Shown here piece after piece: positions 19,013 through 28,334 of a DNA stretch of 64,000 nt (positions within the stretch are counted from its first letter, which is position 1; each line of letters opens with the position of its first letter). This stretch comes from a virus (Duplodnaviria > Caudoviricetes): the IMG/VR virus record IMGVR_UViG_3300018719_000041, positions 2,037-66,036 of that record; one strand, given 5' to 3'. Position numbers and translations under genes: made by a program. The notes under the pieces were generated by a model. That model was not told where the DNA came from, did not search any database, and saw nothing but the letters and a program-made list of their open reading frames with translations.

Positions 19013-19258
19013 CTATCGGTAAACCTCTCGGCGGTGCCCCGCCGCAAGGATGGTGATGGTTTCGGCCGTCTCGTCGAAGACGATGCGGTAGTCGCCGATC
19101 CGGATCCGCAGGCCCATGCCCCCCTTCATCTGCTTCACGTCGCCTTCGCCGGTGAGGGCATAGACGCGGAGGGCTTCGAGGATGGCTTCCTGGGCCTGCT
19201 CAGGCAGGTTCCAGAAGGAGCGGGCTGCGGTGGTGGTGTAGATCAGCGTCTTGTTCAT
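19013..19258 (-). CDS. RelE/ParE-family (HigB-like) toxin
   Basis: GDVKQMKG..RIRIGDYRIVF...GHRREVY. Confidence 0.9.
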   Translation of the reverse strand: MNKTLIYTTTAARSFWNLPEQAQEAILEALRVYALTGEGDVKQMKGGMGLRIRIGDYRIVFDETAETITILAAGHRREVYR

Positions 19259-19388
19259 AGCGATAATATCGCTCGACTCAGCGATAAATGCAACCCTGTT
19301 CAGCGATATTTATCCGTTTTCTCGACCGTTAACAGTAATCTTAACTATTTGGTCATAAACAGGTGCTCGGGGATCCAAGGAGGCCTTC

Positions 19389-20150
19389 ATGTCAGACATT
19401 CAACTTTCAACTGAAGGGCACCCGGCCTACGAGGCATCTGGACCTTACGAAGTCCCTCCATTCTGGACGCCCGAGCATGTGGCGCACCGCCTGATCCATG
19501 CCTTCGAGGTGTTGCTCGCGGTCGGGGGAGGGGTAGGGCCGCGATCCTGCGGGGCCACATGGCCCGTAGCGATCCGGGAGTTCGCCGATCTCCTCGAGGA
19601 TGATCGGGACGCGGCGCGTGACTCGTTTGTAGCTGCGCTGAACCGGCCGACCGCCAGCGAGATCGATCAGTCGGATGAGGCGCTTGCCTGGCCTCTTCGA
19701 TACATGGCCGACGAGCCCATGGCGGCCGACGCCGTGCTGCTCTGGTCATTCTGCAAGGCAGGAGGCTTCTCGATCACGGCGGCCCTGCGCGCTAGGACGG
19801 AGCGGGCAAAGCGCATGGCGGCCCGGATGCAGGAAGAGGAGAACCAGCGCATCCAGCGCGAGCGGAAGCTCGCTATCGTGGAGGCCGGAAGGTGGCGAGA
19901 TGAAAAGGCGAAGGAGATGGGCCTTGCATCGATGCCGGAGCCTGAAAGGCATGAACGCTGGCAGGAGCTGACAGAAGGCATGCGGTCCCGCATCGCCGCC
20001 GATCATGAAAGGCTCAAGCCCGTCGTTTTTCTGCCCTGGCAGGCGGTGCCTGAGAAGATTCTGTCCCGAACGTCGCTGGACAGGTACTTGCCGGCAGGGC
20101 TGGCCTTCCTTGCGGAACAGCTGCACGATGCCCGGGTTCCAGTCCGTTGA
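19389..20150 (+). CDS. Putative late-gene regulator (Q-position protein)
   Basis: WT.E.V..RL..AF.VL N-terminus; lies between the replication and late genes. Confidence 0.5.
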   Translation: MSDIQLSTEGHPAYEASGPYEVPPFWTPEHVAHRLIHAFEVLLAVGGGVGPRSCGATWPVAIREFADLLEDDRDAARDSFVAALNRPTASEIDQSDEALAWPLRYMADEPMAADAVLLWSFCKAGGFSITAALRARTERAKRMAARMQEEENQRIQRERKLAIVEAGRWRDEKAKEMGLASMPEPERHERWQELTEGMRSRIAADHERLKPVVFLPWQAVPEKILSRTSLDRYLPAGLAFLAEQLHDARVPVR

Positions 20151-20262
20151 CCGTCCCCGTCGGATCAGGAACCTGTCTTAAGCATAGGATGAAATAAAGG
20201 CACTCGGAGGATAGGCAATGCGCCGTCCTTGAAATATACGAAGTAGCTTACGGCCTTCAGGA

Positions 20263-21318
20263 ATGACGACCATACACGAGCTATTATCCTCTCCGATGCC
20301 TGCCAGAGATACTGACGTGGCTTCAGTTGCCACCTACAAGTACAATGTTCGGGATTACGGGCCTGAGCATCTGGCTCTTTTGGGCCTTAGTTGCCTGAAA
20401 GGGGTTGGCTTCAGGACGCTTCAAGCGATCGCGGACGCGGGGGTTCCCTTTTCCGACGTCCTGTCCACTGACGAGACGGATGACGCTGTTACCATACTGA
20501 AGAGCTTCGGGGCTCGTATCGAAGGAAATATCACAGATTGGCCGTCGGTTAGAGCAAGGGCGACCGAGCGGGCAGAGAAGTACATTGAGGATTTCAAGCA
20601 AAACGGTATCTCCCTTATTTTGCGGGACTCTCCGGACTACCCAGAACAACTGCTCGATTTAGCCTCTGCTCCACATTGGTTGTTTGTTCAGGGTGATCCA
20701 GATGTTCTCCATCGTGCATCGATCGCCGTAGTGGGTACCCGAAAGCCAACCGAGGATGGACTGTTCCTGGGCAAGTATGTGGGAGCATGCCTACGCGAGT
20801 GGGGAGCGCCCACAGTAAGCGGGCTGGCTCTTGGGATTGATCAGCAGGCTCATGAGTTGTCGCTTCGCGCAGGAGTGCCCACGATCGCCTTTTTGGGAAC
20901 TGGAATTTTCTCCGAGTACCCAAAGGGAACAGCAGGACTCCGAGAGAGGATTCTGGCAGCAGGTGGAGCAATCGTTACGGAATACCTTCCCCGAGAGACT
21001 TACTCGGCAGATAATTTCGTTAAACGAAACCGTCTTCAAGCGGCATTGAGCCGAATCCTCATCCCAGTCGAGTGGAACTTTAAGAGCGGCACCGCGCACA
21101 CCGTGCGATTTGCAGCGTCCTTAAAGAGGCCGATAGTTTGTTTACGCATGCCGGATTGGAGCGACGAGCGCCTATCGACTGACATGCTGACCAAGTTTGA
21201 GACTTGCAGTGTATTCACCATTCCCGGTGAAGAGACCGCTTTACGTGACCACATTAAGCGGAAGCTGGCAGTCCCAAGGCCGCACCCTAATCCTCAATTC
21301 TCTCTGTTCGACGAATGA
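20263..21318 (+). CDS. shosA: DprA/Smf-family protein, ShosA-like antitoxin
   Basis: YPEQL, AVVGTR, VSGLALGID..AH, F..RNRLQA and SGTAHT motifs; operonic with HAD-PRTase. Confidence 0.82.
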   Translation: MTTIHELLSSPMPARDTDVASVATYKYNVRDYGPEHLALLGLSCLKGVGFRTLQAIADAGVPFSDVLSTDETDDAVTILKSFGARIEGNITDWPSVRARATERAEKYIEDFKQNGISLILRDSPDYPEQLLDLASAPHWLFVQGDPDVLHRASIAVVGTRKPTEDGLFLGKYVGACLREWGAPTVSGLALGIDQQAHELSLRAGVPTIAFLGTGIFSEYPKGTAGLRERILAAGGAIVTEYLPRETYSADNFVKRNRLQAALSRILIPVEWNFKSGTAHTVRFAASLKRPIVCLRMPDWSDERLSTDMLTKFETCSVFTIPGEETALRDHIKRKLAVPRPHPNPQFSLFDE

Positions 21319-21322
21319 AAAA

Positions 21323-22567
21323 ATGGCTGGTCTGAAAGGCGTAATCTTCTCTCTTCGCGATGTCTTGGCCAAACACGGGCCAATCGACAATGCTCTCTTC
21401 AACGAGACGCTCAAGTTGCTGCGCTATTTGCAGTCCAAAGGTATCACACCTGTCTTTGCGACTAACCATGCTTGGGATCTTACCGTAAACGGCAAGGAAA
21501 TGAGCTTCGAGGGCTACCTTGCGCAGAAGATTGGCCCAGTAAAATTCTACGTCGCACAACGGGGCGACATGGATTGGAAGCCAAAGGCAGGGGCTGTCGG
21601 TCGGATTCTGGCGGACCAAGGATGGGATAAGCGGGAGGTCATATATGTCGGCAACAGCCGAGATGACATGATCACTGCCCGAAACGGCAAAGTGCTTTTC
21701 CTGAATGCACTCTGGCATGGCGAAACAAACCCGTATGGCTTTCAATTCGATTCGCCGAAGGACATAGCGCGATTCATTGATTGTATTTGTCTCGGGCTAG
21801 ATGAGTGGTTCTGGAAGATCGAAGACGGAAACCTTCGCGTCTATGCTCTTGCTCCATTCACGACAATGTCTCCCGCAATGTCAGCTGCCCATGCTTACTC
21901 CGCAGGTGCAAGGGCTACAGCCAAGGACGGCGCCGACGATGCGGGGTTCTGGGGAAGGCTTCTGGCCGCGCGAACTTACTTCTCCGGACTCGTCGACGAG
22001 ATCGATTTTGTTACTGCCTATCCAGGGCACAGTCCGACATCGAAGCAGAGCGTCGTTGCCGATGCGCTCGGTATCCTGGCAGAGTCTTTGCATAAGAAAT
22101 TTCTGCCGGACCTCATCATTCGCCACACAAAGGCACAACAGTCTCACAAGGCACGAGGTGCCGGTGGCTCAGTCGGATTGGTCAATCAGCTCTCAACGAT
22201 TCACCTGAATGAGCATCCGCGAAAGGGTCTCCAGGCTGACCCATATAAGAACAATCCAATGGGAAGAGGCAAAACAGTTCTTGTGGTGGATGATTTCTGT
22301 ACTGAAGGGAACTCATTCGAGGCTGCACGGGCATTCATTGAGGCGACTGGTGCTCGCGCAATAGCCCTGAGTTGGCTTAAAACAATCAGCAAGGACTACA
22401 GGGAGATCGACGGTCGAATTCCGATCGGTAATCCGTATGTTCCACTCAAAATTACTCAAGAGCCTCCAACCAAAGGCCATTGGTACAGCAGTGCTATCGT
22501 TGACCGGTCGGTAATGACTGACTTGGCCGAGGTCTACTCACGTTATTACAACTGGGACTGGCCATAG
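21323..22567 (+). CDS. shosT: HAD-like + phosphoribosyltransferase fusion, ShosT-like toxin
   Basis: HAD-like KP...YVGNS.DD; PRTase VLVVDDFCTEGNS. Confidence 0.82.
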   Translation: MAGLKGVIFSLRDVLAKHGPIDNALFNETLKLLRYLQSKGITPVFATNHAWDLTVNGKEMSFEGYLAQKIGPVKFYVAQRGDMDWKPKAGAVGRILADQGWDKREVIYVGNSRDDMITARNGKVLFLNALWHGETNPYGFQFDSPKDIARFIDCICLGLDEWFWKIEDGNLRVYALAPFTTMSPAMSAAHAYSAGARATAKDGADDAGFWGRLLAARTYFSGLVDEIDFVTAYPGHSPTSKQSVVADALGILAESLHKKFLPDLIIRHTKAQQSHKARGAGGSVGLVNQLSTIHLNEHPRKGLQADPYKNNPMGRGKTVLVVDDFCTEGNSFEAARAFIEATGARAIALSWLKTISKDYREIDGRIPIGNPYVPLKITQEPPTKGHWYSSAIVDRSVMTDLAEVYSRYYNWDWP

Positions 22568-22630
22568 GTCCGCAGAGCAGAAACGCACCAGGCGGCGCGC
22601 TTCGGACTCTTGATCAGTCAGGGGGCGAGA

Positions 22631-23080
22631 GTGACAAACGACATGCTGACCCGCTTCACTGATGCAGCGACAGCGCTGGCGCAGCAAGCTCGGGAGCTCT
22701 CTGAGGCGAATGCTCGTGAAATGGCCTCCATCAAAGAAGAGAATGAACGTTTACAGTCCGAGATCGAGCAAGTCCGAAAGCAACAAGCTGCTGCCGTGCA
22801 GGCCGCAGTCACCAGGATCGGGCGCAACCCGGACATGAGCCGGGCAATGGAGGAGGCTTTCCAGGCCGGGCGCTCGGCAGGATTGGCAGAAGCCGCCGAC
22901 ATGGCTGAAACCTACGTATTTGAATGTATCGATGGTGAGCCTATTAAACTCGGCTTTGACCGTGGCATGGCTATCGTAGTCCAGCATCTGCTCGCGGAGC
23001 ATATGAGGGCTCGAGCTGAGGGGCAGGAAGAACCCGTGCATGTTCCCTTCGATCCACGATCCCCTCGGGGGAGAAGGTGA
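22631..23080 (+). CDS. Hypothetical coiled-coil protein
   Basis: ORF with heptad-rich N-terminal half. Confidence 0.55.
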   Translation: MTNDMLTRFTDAATALAQQARELSEANAREMASIKEENERLQSEIEQVRKQQAAAVQAAVTRIGRNPDMSRAMEEAFQAGRSAGLAEAADMAETYVFECIDGEPIKLGFDRGMAIVVQHLLAEHMRARAEGQEEPVHVPFDPRSPRGRR

Positions 23081-23294
23081 TTAGTTCCATGTTCTGAGGG
23101 AAAAAGCTCCTTCAGATTTTCATCTCGTGCATACTTTCTGGGCGGCCTCGAAGTCTGCCTAAGTTTTTCTGCTGCAATCGGAATGTGTTCTCGTGAAGTC
23201 GGTCTAAACCTATGCACGAGTTGATGAATTTTCCCTCTCAAGGGGTGGTGACACCAGGGCCGTTTTCGGGCATCCAATTTGCCATCGTCGCACG

Positions 23295-23600
23295 ACGTGT
23301 GAACTGACGGGCTCCGGCGCGGGGACAGGCCATCTTCTTCCTTCATGGTCTGGGCGCTGGAGCCCTGTCGGGGAACGTCCATTGATCGGCTCCGTTCCGA
23401 GAGGAACGCTACCGGACGGCATAACCGCTATCCCTTCGATCCAGCAGGCAACGCCTGCAGCGACGACCCATTTTCAGAAAGCCCCTCGCGTAAGCGGGGG
23501 TCAGGTGCTGCGAACACCTGAACCGCGAGCTGTGAACTCGCATGACCGCAGCGGCCAACCACGGCCACCCCGCACCGCGCGCAGCGGCACGGGCAAGCAT
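23295..23600 (+). ncRNA. Candidate structured RNA or leader (hairpin array)
   Basis: Consecutive stem-loops with GAGA, GTAA and twin CTGYGAA loops; no convincing ORF. Confidence 0.4.
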
Positions 23601-23611
23601 CTGCTCCAGTC

Positions 23612-24124
23612 ATGCAAAATCCGTTAACACTGGCCGTCGAGGACTGGCCAATCGATAAGATCCGCCCCTATGAGGGCAACCCTCGTGTCATCCCGCAGAT
23701 CGCAATCGAGAAGGTAGCCGCCTCAATCAGGGAGTTCGGCTGGCGGCAACCGATCGTCGTAGACGAGGATGGCGTGATCCTTGTCGGGCACACCCGGCTC
23801 AGGGCGGCCCGGCAGCTCGGACACTCAACCGTCCCGGTGCACGTGGCGCACGGGCTCACCAAGGACCAAGCTCGCGCTTACCGGCTCGCTGACAACCGGG
23901 TTGGGGAAGAGACCGAATGGGATCTCGAAGCTCTGAAGCTGGAGCTTCAAGATTTGGGGAGCCACCGCGCCGATCTCGTGCTCACGGGCTTCGATGCCGA
24001 ATATCTGACCGAACTGCTCGACCCTCCCGGTCCAGAGGCACCGACGGACTTCAAGGCGTTCGATGAAACCATCGAGACGAACTGCGAGTGCCCAAAGTGC
24101 GGCTACAAATGGAGCCGCACCTGA
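23612..24124 (+). CDS. ParB N-terminal domain protein
   Basis: PYEGNPR, FGWRQPIVVD, GHTRL.AA and RLADNR motifs; C-terminal CPKCG. Confidence 0.88.
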   Translation: MQNPLTLAVEDWPIDKIRPYEGNPRVIPQIAIEKVAASIREFGWRQPIVVDEDGVILVGHTRLRAARQLGHSTVPVHVAHGLTKDQARAYRLADNRVGEETEWDLEALKLELQDLGSHRADLVLTGFDAEYLTELLDPPGPEAPTDFKAFDETIETNCECPKCGYKWSRT

Positions 24125-25284
24125 TGGCGCTCCGGATCAAGAAGTTCGGCTCGAAAGAGCATGTCGAGCATAGCATCGACGCACCCAGCCCAGCCATTTT
24201 GGCTGGAGGTATCAATGGCGTCCGCCACGGCCAATATCAGCTCACCGCAGTGGACCCTCCTGGTGATAGCCTACCGCCCGGGATCTCGATCGAGGAGGGT
24301 AAGCCGCCATACCGTGTCCCGAGCATGGAGGAGATTAGGGCGTTGCTTTGGAACGGCCTCAAGGTCGCCTCCACCTTCGCCGGCTGCGGGGGATCCTCCA
24401 CCGGGTACCGCATGGCCGGTTACCGGGTGGTTTGGGCGAATGAGTTCGTGCCGATCGCGCAGGAGAGCTATCGGGCCAATATGGCACCGTACACTATCCT
24501 CGATGGGCGAGACGTGCGCCAGGTACAGGCCCGAGAGATCCTTGAAGCGACCGGCATGAAGGAAGGCGAGCTCGACATCTTCGATGGCTCACCGCCATGT
24601 CAGGCGTTCTCGAGCGCAGGAGCCCGAGAGCGCGGTTGGGGCAAGGACAAGGTGTACGAGCACGGCGCCAAGCAGCGGAACGAGGAGTTGTTCTTCGACT
24701 ATATCCGCCTGCTGGACGGTCTGAAGCCGCGCGCCTTCGTGGCAGAGAACGTGTCCGGACTCGTGAGGGGAACCGCGAAGGGCTACTTCCTCGATATCCT
24801 CGCGGCCCTCAAACGGTGCGGCTATCGGGTCGAGGCCCGCGAGCTGGACGCTCAATGGCTCGGTGTCCCACAGTCCCGACATCGCATCATATTCATCGGT
24901 GTTCGTGAAGACCTGAACTTGGCGCCGGTCTTTCCAAAGCCGCTCAGGTATCGGTATTCGACTCGTGAGGCCTTGCCCTGGATCGGGCGTGCCGTCCACG
25001 ATACGTCCGGTCAGTTCTCCCTTGGAGAGTTTACCGATAAGCCGAGCCCAGCCATCCTCACAGGGGCATCTCACTATCATGTGCTGGATGGAGCCGGAGA
25101 AGGGCAACGGCGCCGAAGGTTCGAAATTTGCGAGGCTCGCCGTCTGTGCGGCTTTCCCGACGATTTCATCCTGAAGGGGTCGTACTCACAGCAGTGGGAA
25201 AGACTCGGGAATTCCGTGCCTCCCGTGATGATGTCCCGGATCGCGGCAACACTGCGCGACCAGGTGCTGCTCCAGTCCAAATGA
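24124..25284 (+). CDS. DNA (cytosine-5) methyltransferase
   Basis: FAGCGG, SPPCQAFS, ENV, QSRHRI and GNSVPP motifs. Confidence 0.92.
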   Translation: MALRIKKFGSKEHVEHSIDAPSPAILAGGINGVRHGQYQLTAVDPPGDSLPPGISIEEGKPPYRVPSMEEIRALLWNGLKVASTFAGCGGSSTGYRMAGYRVVWANEFVPIAQESYRANMAPYTILDGRDVRQVQAREILEATGMKEGELDIFDGSPPCQAFSSAGARERGWGKDKVYEHGAKQRNEELFFDYIRLLDGLKPRAFVAENVSGLVRGTAKGYFLDILAALKRCGYRVEARELDAQWLGVPQSRHRIIFIGVREDLNLAPVFPKPLRYRYSTREALPWIGRAVHDTSGQFSLGEFTDKPSPAILTGASHYHVLDGAGEGQRRRRFEICEARRLCGFPDDFILKGSYSQQWERLGNSVPPVMMSRIAATLRDQVLLQSK

Positions 25285-25847
25285 CTCACAGTTCGGTGCG
25301 CTCGCACAAGGGGGAGTGAAGGCGGCTGTCGTACCCGCCGGAGCAATCTCGACGAGCCCGTGTGCTGCCTCGGGCGACGGGGCGCGCGCCGACCATCCCT
25401 GCCTCGGCCGAACGGCTGCGTGATGCGCGGCCTGCTGACGTAGCTCCAGGTGGGGAAACCAAGGCTGCTGTGTGCTCCCGGCCGGGATGCGGAGCAACTG
25501 CCTGGCGAGGCAGGAAGTCCGGTGGAAGCCCGGCGCCTCTCAATAAATCTTGCAAGGATAGCGACGAAATCGCGTCGTCCAGCGTGGTGCTGCGTTAAGC
25601 CGACCAAGCGGAGTTGCATGCCTTGAACAGGGCAGCGGATGCTGGCAACTGCCTCAACACCGCACAGGAGGCAGCCAACGTAATCGTGGCAGAGATGAAG
25701 TGGCGGGCGCTTGTTGGAAGCGCCTGACGGTACGGCACGGCGGCCAAGGAGGGTGCGTTCTTCGAGGAGTACGGGATCGCAGCGGCATGAGCTTGCGCTG
25801 CTTCCGGAGGGGCGGCTATCGTGCTGGCAAGAACTTGGGGGGCACTC

Positions 25848-26387
25848 ATGCGTTTTCCACTCGTAATCCTGGCACTCGTCGCCGTCGGCCCAGCATGGGC
25901 GCAGTACTGTGGGAACGAATACGCCACGCAGCCCGCGCGGGCCGAGATGGTTGGCAAAATTGAGAAGATGATCTCCAATTCGCTGGACAGGATCGAGAGC
26001 GTTCCGCCGGACGTAGCCGAGTATATTGAGAAGGAACAGGACGCGGCGGTGGCGCAGGGCAACAGCGCACGAATGAACATGGTTTTGGCCCACAGGTACT
26101 ACCCTGCGCAAGAGGTGCAGAAGCACCTCAAGGTCGTGCGGGAGAACCTTGCGGCGGCGAGGACGGCACGGTCGATCGCAGACCAAGCCGTTTACCTGTC
26201 GGTGGTCCTGTCCAGGTACACGGACTTCACTGAAGCCGTTGAGGACTACATCGACGCCGACAATGCCCGACAGCAGCGCGTGCTCGACCGCAAAGCCGAG
26301 CAGGACATCTACTTCATGCTCCCTTCGACGAAGGCTTTCATTCTGCTCGCGCTCCAGTGCGGCATCCGAGAGATGGAAAAGTCCTAG
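25848..26387 (+). CDS. Hypothetical exported protein
   Basis: Signal peptide MRFPLVILALVAVGPAWA. Confidence 0.7.
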   Translation: MRFPLVILALVAVGPAWAQYCGNEYATQPARAEMVGKIEKMISNSLDRIESVPPDVAEYIEKEQDAAVAQGNSARMNMVLAHRYYPAQEVQKHLKVVRENLAAARTARSIADQAVYLSVVLSRYTDFTEAVEDYIDADNARQQRVLDRKAEQDIYFMLPSTKAFILLALQCGIREMEKS

Positions 26388-26894
26388 CGATCTCCCACCA
26401 GGGCGCCGACAGACAACGGGGCGTCCTTTGATTTTTGTACCCGTCGTGTACCTTCGCTCTACCCTGGAGCGCATGGGGTACATCATCGTCAACGTGAACC
26501 CGTATGGCGTGGCGGCGCGCAAGGGCCTCGGCCTGAAGGTCGATTGGCATCCACTCGTGCTGCCGAAAGGAGAGGGGTAGGCCATGCGGAGGCACGGAAA
26601 AATCCTGTCAATCCACAAAGCCGGCCATAGGAAGGCGAAATTTTCGCAATCTCGTGCATGGTCGGCGGCGATGTGGCCACCCAGGAAATTCCATTGCCGC
26701 GCCGGGGCTTAGCCGCCTCGCCGCACCATCTAAGACCTGTCACAAGATTGAAATCTGGTCGATTGACATCCCGGCTTGACCGGCGTTTCACTCCTTTGGC
26801 CGATCGTCGAGCGAAAGCGAAGACAGGCAATCCCTTCCCACCCGCCATCCGGACCCGAAGCCGCGAGCCCCTTCAGGGGCGCGAGCGGTGCTTC

Positions 26895-27569
26895 ATGGCG
26901 CACCGAGTTCTGGAGATCACGGCAATGCAGCTCGAGATCCTCCCCAAAGACCAGATCCTGGCACGCTACGGCAACGGACTAGCCGCAGTAGGAGCAGGCA
27001 CAGCCGAAAAAATCATGGCTGTATCCCTCAACAAGGCAGGGCGCGATACCCGTCCCGGCATCCACCAAGCCTTGAAGCAACAAACCGGTCTGAAGATCGG
27101 GGCTATTACCCGGGCACTCAAAGAGGTGAAAGCCAGCCCGCGCACCCTGACATGGAAGCTGATCGCCAGAGGTGGGCCTGTGCCACTGAAGTACTTCTCT
27201 CCCAAAGAGGTCAGGGGAGGCATCAAACACACCTCTCCGATGGACCCGAATCCCTACAATGGGGCGTTCGTACGAGTTGGTGGGTGGGTCTCCAACGAAG
27301 GCAAGCGAGGACGCGTGTTTCGTATGGGGGCCCGTAAGAAGACGGGGCGTTTCGGTGGGCACGTCATGATCAACGTCGCAGGCGGTAAGTGGGGCGGTCG
27401 GGTCGAGAAGGTGATGTCCAAGGTCTCGATCCCGAATGCCATGATCGAAGGGAAAAGCAGGGCAGCCTTCGAGACAATGGGACCGCGCGTCGTCGAAGAG
27501 GTCGGTCGCGTCCTGACCGGCGTGATCAATGGCAGCATCAACCTGCCATCCCGCGCCAAGGCACCCTGA
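26895..27569 (+). CDS. Lambda gpZ-like minor tail/completion protein
   Basis: Basic protein; SLNKAG, PLKYF and AF...GGHV patterns; upstream of terminase. Confidence 0.55.
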   Translation: MAHRVLEITAMQLEILPKDQILARYGNGLAAVGAGTAEKIMAVSLNKAGRDTRPGIHQALKQQTGLKIGAITRALKEVKASPRTLTWKLIARGGPVPLKYFSPKEVRGGIKHTSPMDPNPYNGAFVRVGGWVSNEGKRGRVFRMGARKKTGRFGGHVMINVAGGKWGGRVEKVMSKVSIPNAMIEGKSRAAFETMGPRVVEEVGRVLTGVINGSINLPSRAKAP

Positions 27570-27650
27570 TCTTTCCTGCAGCACCCAAGCCTGAAAGGCA
27601 CCAAGGGCAGGCAACTCTTTGACCATGCGTCACCCCCCTCCTGGGGTCTT

Positions 27651-27700
27651 GGGGCCTTCCTGAAGCCTCCCCCTACGCGGGGGCGGCCCCCCCGGTTTTT
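27651..27700 (+). other. Putative lambda-like cos (cosQ-cosN)
   Basis: GGGGCCT at 27651 and GGGCGGC at 27681, upstream of terS. Confidence 0.55.
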
Positions 27701-27809
27701 GAGCATATTTCGAGAATCCCAATCCGGGTTTTGATTTGGTTTTCCTGCAAGCGGGCAAGACCGAAAACGGACGCTTCGTGCGCCTCCGCAAACATGGATC
27801 TGAAGGCCG

Positions 27810-28334
27810 ATGAGCGAGGCGAAGTCCAAGGATAAACCCAAGGGTTCTGCCGCCGGTCTGATCCCCATCGAGCAAGCCTCGAAGCTGCTTATGATCGGCG
27901 CCGAACGTATCCGACAGCACATCAAAGATGGCTTCATTCCGCGGGCTACGCGGGGGAAGGTTTCGCTGGTCGGGGCGGTTCAGGGGAGGCTCCGTTTCCT
28001 TGAGGAGCAACTGCAGAAATCAACCCAGGCCTCCGGCGCCAACAAGGTTCGGGATGCGCGCGAGCGCGAGATCAACCTTCGGATCGCCAAGGAAGAGAAC
28101 CGGCTGATCGAATTCGATGAAGCCCAAGGCGTCCTGGACGAACTGATCGGCGACTTCAAAGCGGCTCTGGCGGGTCTGCCAGCACGGGTCACGAAGGACC
28201 CAGTCCTCCGGGTCACGATCGAGCGGAATTGCGATGACATTCTCCGAAAGCTCGCTGCTGATACCGCCGAAAAGGCCAAGGCTGTTGCGGCGGGCGGCTC
28301 ATCTGCTCCAACCCTCGACGAGGTCGACGCCTGA
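27810..28334 (+). CDS. Terminase small subunit (Nu1-like)
   Basis: N-terminal wHTH and coiled coil; overlaps terL. Confidence 0.8.
   Translation: MSEAKSKDKPKGSAAGLIPIEQASKLLMIGAERIRQHIKDGFIPRATRGKVSLVGAVQGRLRFLEEQLQKSTQASGANKVRDAREREINLRIAKEENRLIEFDEAQGVLDELIGDFKAALAGLPARVTKDPVLRVTIERNCDDILRKLAADTAEKAKAVAAGGSSAPTLDEVDA

Noticed and set aside
20263-22567. Competence dprA-comF locus
   Set aside because: The partner is a HAD-PRTase fusion without the ComF Zn finger, in an AT-richer prophage insert, which fits ShosTA better
23295-23600. Known riboswitch or hammerhead ribozyme
   Set aside because: No CUGANGA/GAAA core or SAM-II consensus recognised by eye
25434-25541. Functional tRNA
   Set aside because: No TTC T-loop, unpaired acceptor stem and oversized D-loop; kept only as a tRNA-like candidate
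25570-25790. Protein-like frame ending EGAFFEEYGIAAA
   Set aside because: Interrupted by in-frame stops with no recognisable family; at most a remnant
25077-26618. 513-aa minus-strand ORF
   Set aside because: Overlaps the C5 MTase and exported-protein genes; Arg/Pro-rich GC shadow
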